Of a DNA stretch of 64,000 bases, positions 63,032 through 64,000 are shown in pieces; position 1 is the stretch's first letter, and every line of letters starts with the position of its first letter. The notes under the pieces were generated by a model, which saw only the letters and a program-made list of their open reading frames with translations, did no database searches and had not been told where the DNA came from. Origin of the DNA: Paramoeba atlantica (lineage: Eukaryota > Protista > Discosea); NCBI GenBank assembly GCA_977017575.1, contig CDRNVI010000063.1, positions 186,001-250,000 on the forward strand, in the 5' to 3' direction. A program made the translations under genes and the position numbers.

Positions 63032-64000
63032 TCATTCACTTGGTAATACAGGATCAATTCGCCTCGGACGATTAATGTGTCCCAATGCCCGGACGGCGCT
63101 TTGAGCTTGTTTATGTGCTATTCGACTAGCCGGCTCGTGGATGCGGCTTTGTCGACCGTCTGACCTGACGTATGATTCTGACGGAAGACTTTCAAAATTT
63201 TTCTGCAACAGCTGATCATGACAAGTTACGGATTTGATGTCTCTCGCATCCAGCAGCTGGCGCAGTAGTTCAAGATCACTTGCGTTGCTTTTATGATTGT
63301 CAGCTGCGAGAGGTGTGACATCACGGACAGATACTATGCCGCCTCTTTGAGAAGAAATATTATGTAATTCGTCGTTGCCCTTTAGTGATTCGCTACACGA
63401 ATCAATTGTATCGCATCGTGATGTCTCCTCTGCATGAGACATCTTAAAGTTTTCAAAATTTTGCGATCCAAAACGTCCTTTGCGCAAAATATCCAGAGTT
63501 TCATCATAATCTGAGCCCAACGTAAAGTAATCAGAAAGCTGCTGTCGGTGAATGCCAGTGGTATGAGATTGAACACCAACGTCGGACAAATTGGAGCTCG
63601 CCTTATTAACACGTGTCGATTTCAATACCGTTTCAGTTGAACAGAGTTTCATAATTTGTCGCTCGTAAACTTTTTCTTCAATGGTTCCCGCCGCCAGAAG
63701 ACGATATATTTCCACATCCTTTTTCTGACCGAGACGCCATACTCTTTCACGTGCCTGAATATCAATGTGAGGATTCCAATCAGGATCTATGATGACCACT
63801 CGACTGCATCCAGTAAAATTAATACCAAGGCCCCCAACACGAGTTGTTAGGAGACCAATTGTGATACTGGGATCATTATTAAGAGAATCGATCAGTGTAC
63901 CACGATGTGCAATCGGAGTAAGTCCATCCATACGTATGTAGTCGTACCCCTCATACCGGATGCATTGCTCGATTATGTCAAGCATCATACGTGTTTGAGT
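63032..64000 (-). CDS. SNF2 helicase, CSB/ERCC6/Rad26-like, C-terminal part (5-prime end lies beyond the window)
   Basis: [58 protein letters not shown]. Confidence 0.88.
   Translation of the reverse strand, partial: TQTRMMLDIIEQCIRYEGYDYIRMDGLTPIAHRGTLIDSLNNDPSITIGLLTTRVGGLGINFTGCSRVVIIDPDWNPHIDIQARERVWRLGQKKDVEIYRLLAAGTIEEKVYERQIMKLCSTETVLKSTRVNKASSNLSDVGVQSHTTGIHRQQLSDYFTLGSDYDETLDILRKGRFGSQNFENFKMSHAEETSRCDTIDSCSESLKGNDELHNISSQRGGIVSVRDVTPLAADNHKSNASDLELLRQLLDARDIKSVTCHDQLLQKNFESLPSESYVRSDGRQSRIHEPASRIAHKQAQSAVRALGHINRPRRIDPVLPSE

Overview
This is eukaryotic nuclear DNA from a kinetoplastid. The evidence is the euglenozoan-specific F1-ATPase subunit p18, two tandem GP63/leishmanolysin genes, and about 24 intronless host genes all on the minus strand, as in one polycistronic unit. 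The short LRR family suggests a Perkinsela-like early-branching lineage (inference). Housekeeping genes: UNC-50, SKP1, an A-family DNA polymerase, RPS2, ALG2, V-ATPase d, a PH-AGC kinase, RRP41, SmD2, p18, lipoyl synthase, calreticulin, a HIT protein and a partial CSB/Rad26. Intergenic DNA is crowded with class II elements: a Tc1 DD34E copy with one nonsense codon, a frameshifted hAT transposase and several MITE families. Best leads: (1) a cluster of three orphan signal-peptide proteins, two of which share an N-terminal module ending in SSVxCFP at identical residue positions; (2) a stand-alone retroelement-type RNase H with all four acidic catalytic residues; (3) a GP63 paralogue with HEXXH changed to RELFR; (4) two (AGAT)31 arrays of identical length around the Tc1 copy and a 24-bp inverted repeat over its start codon; (5) a CARNS1/L-amino-acid-ligase-like ATP-grasp enzyme. 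I recognised no rRNA, tRNA, SL RNA or CRISPR array. All assignments come from reading motifs by eye; no database searches were run.
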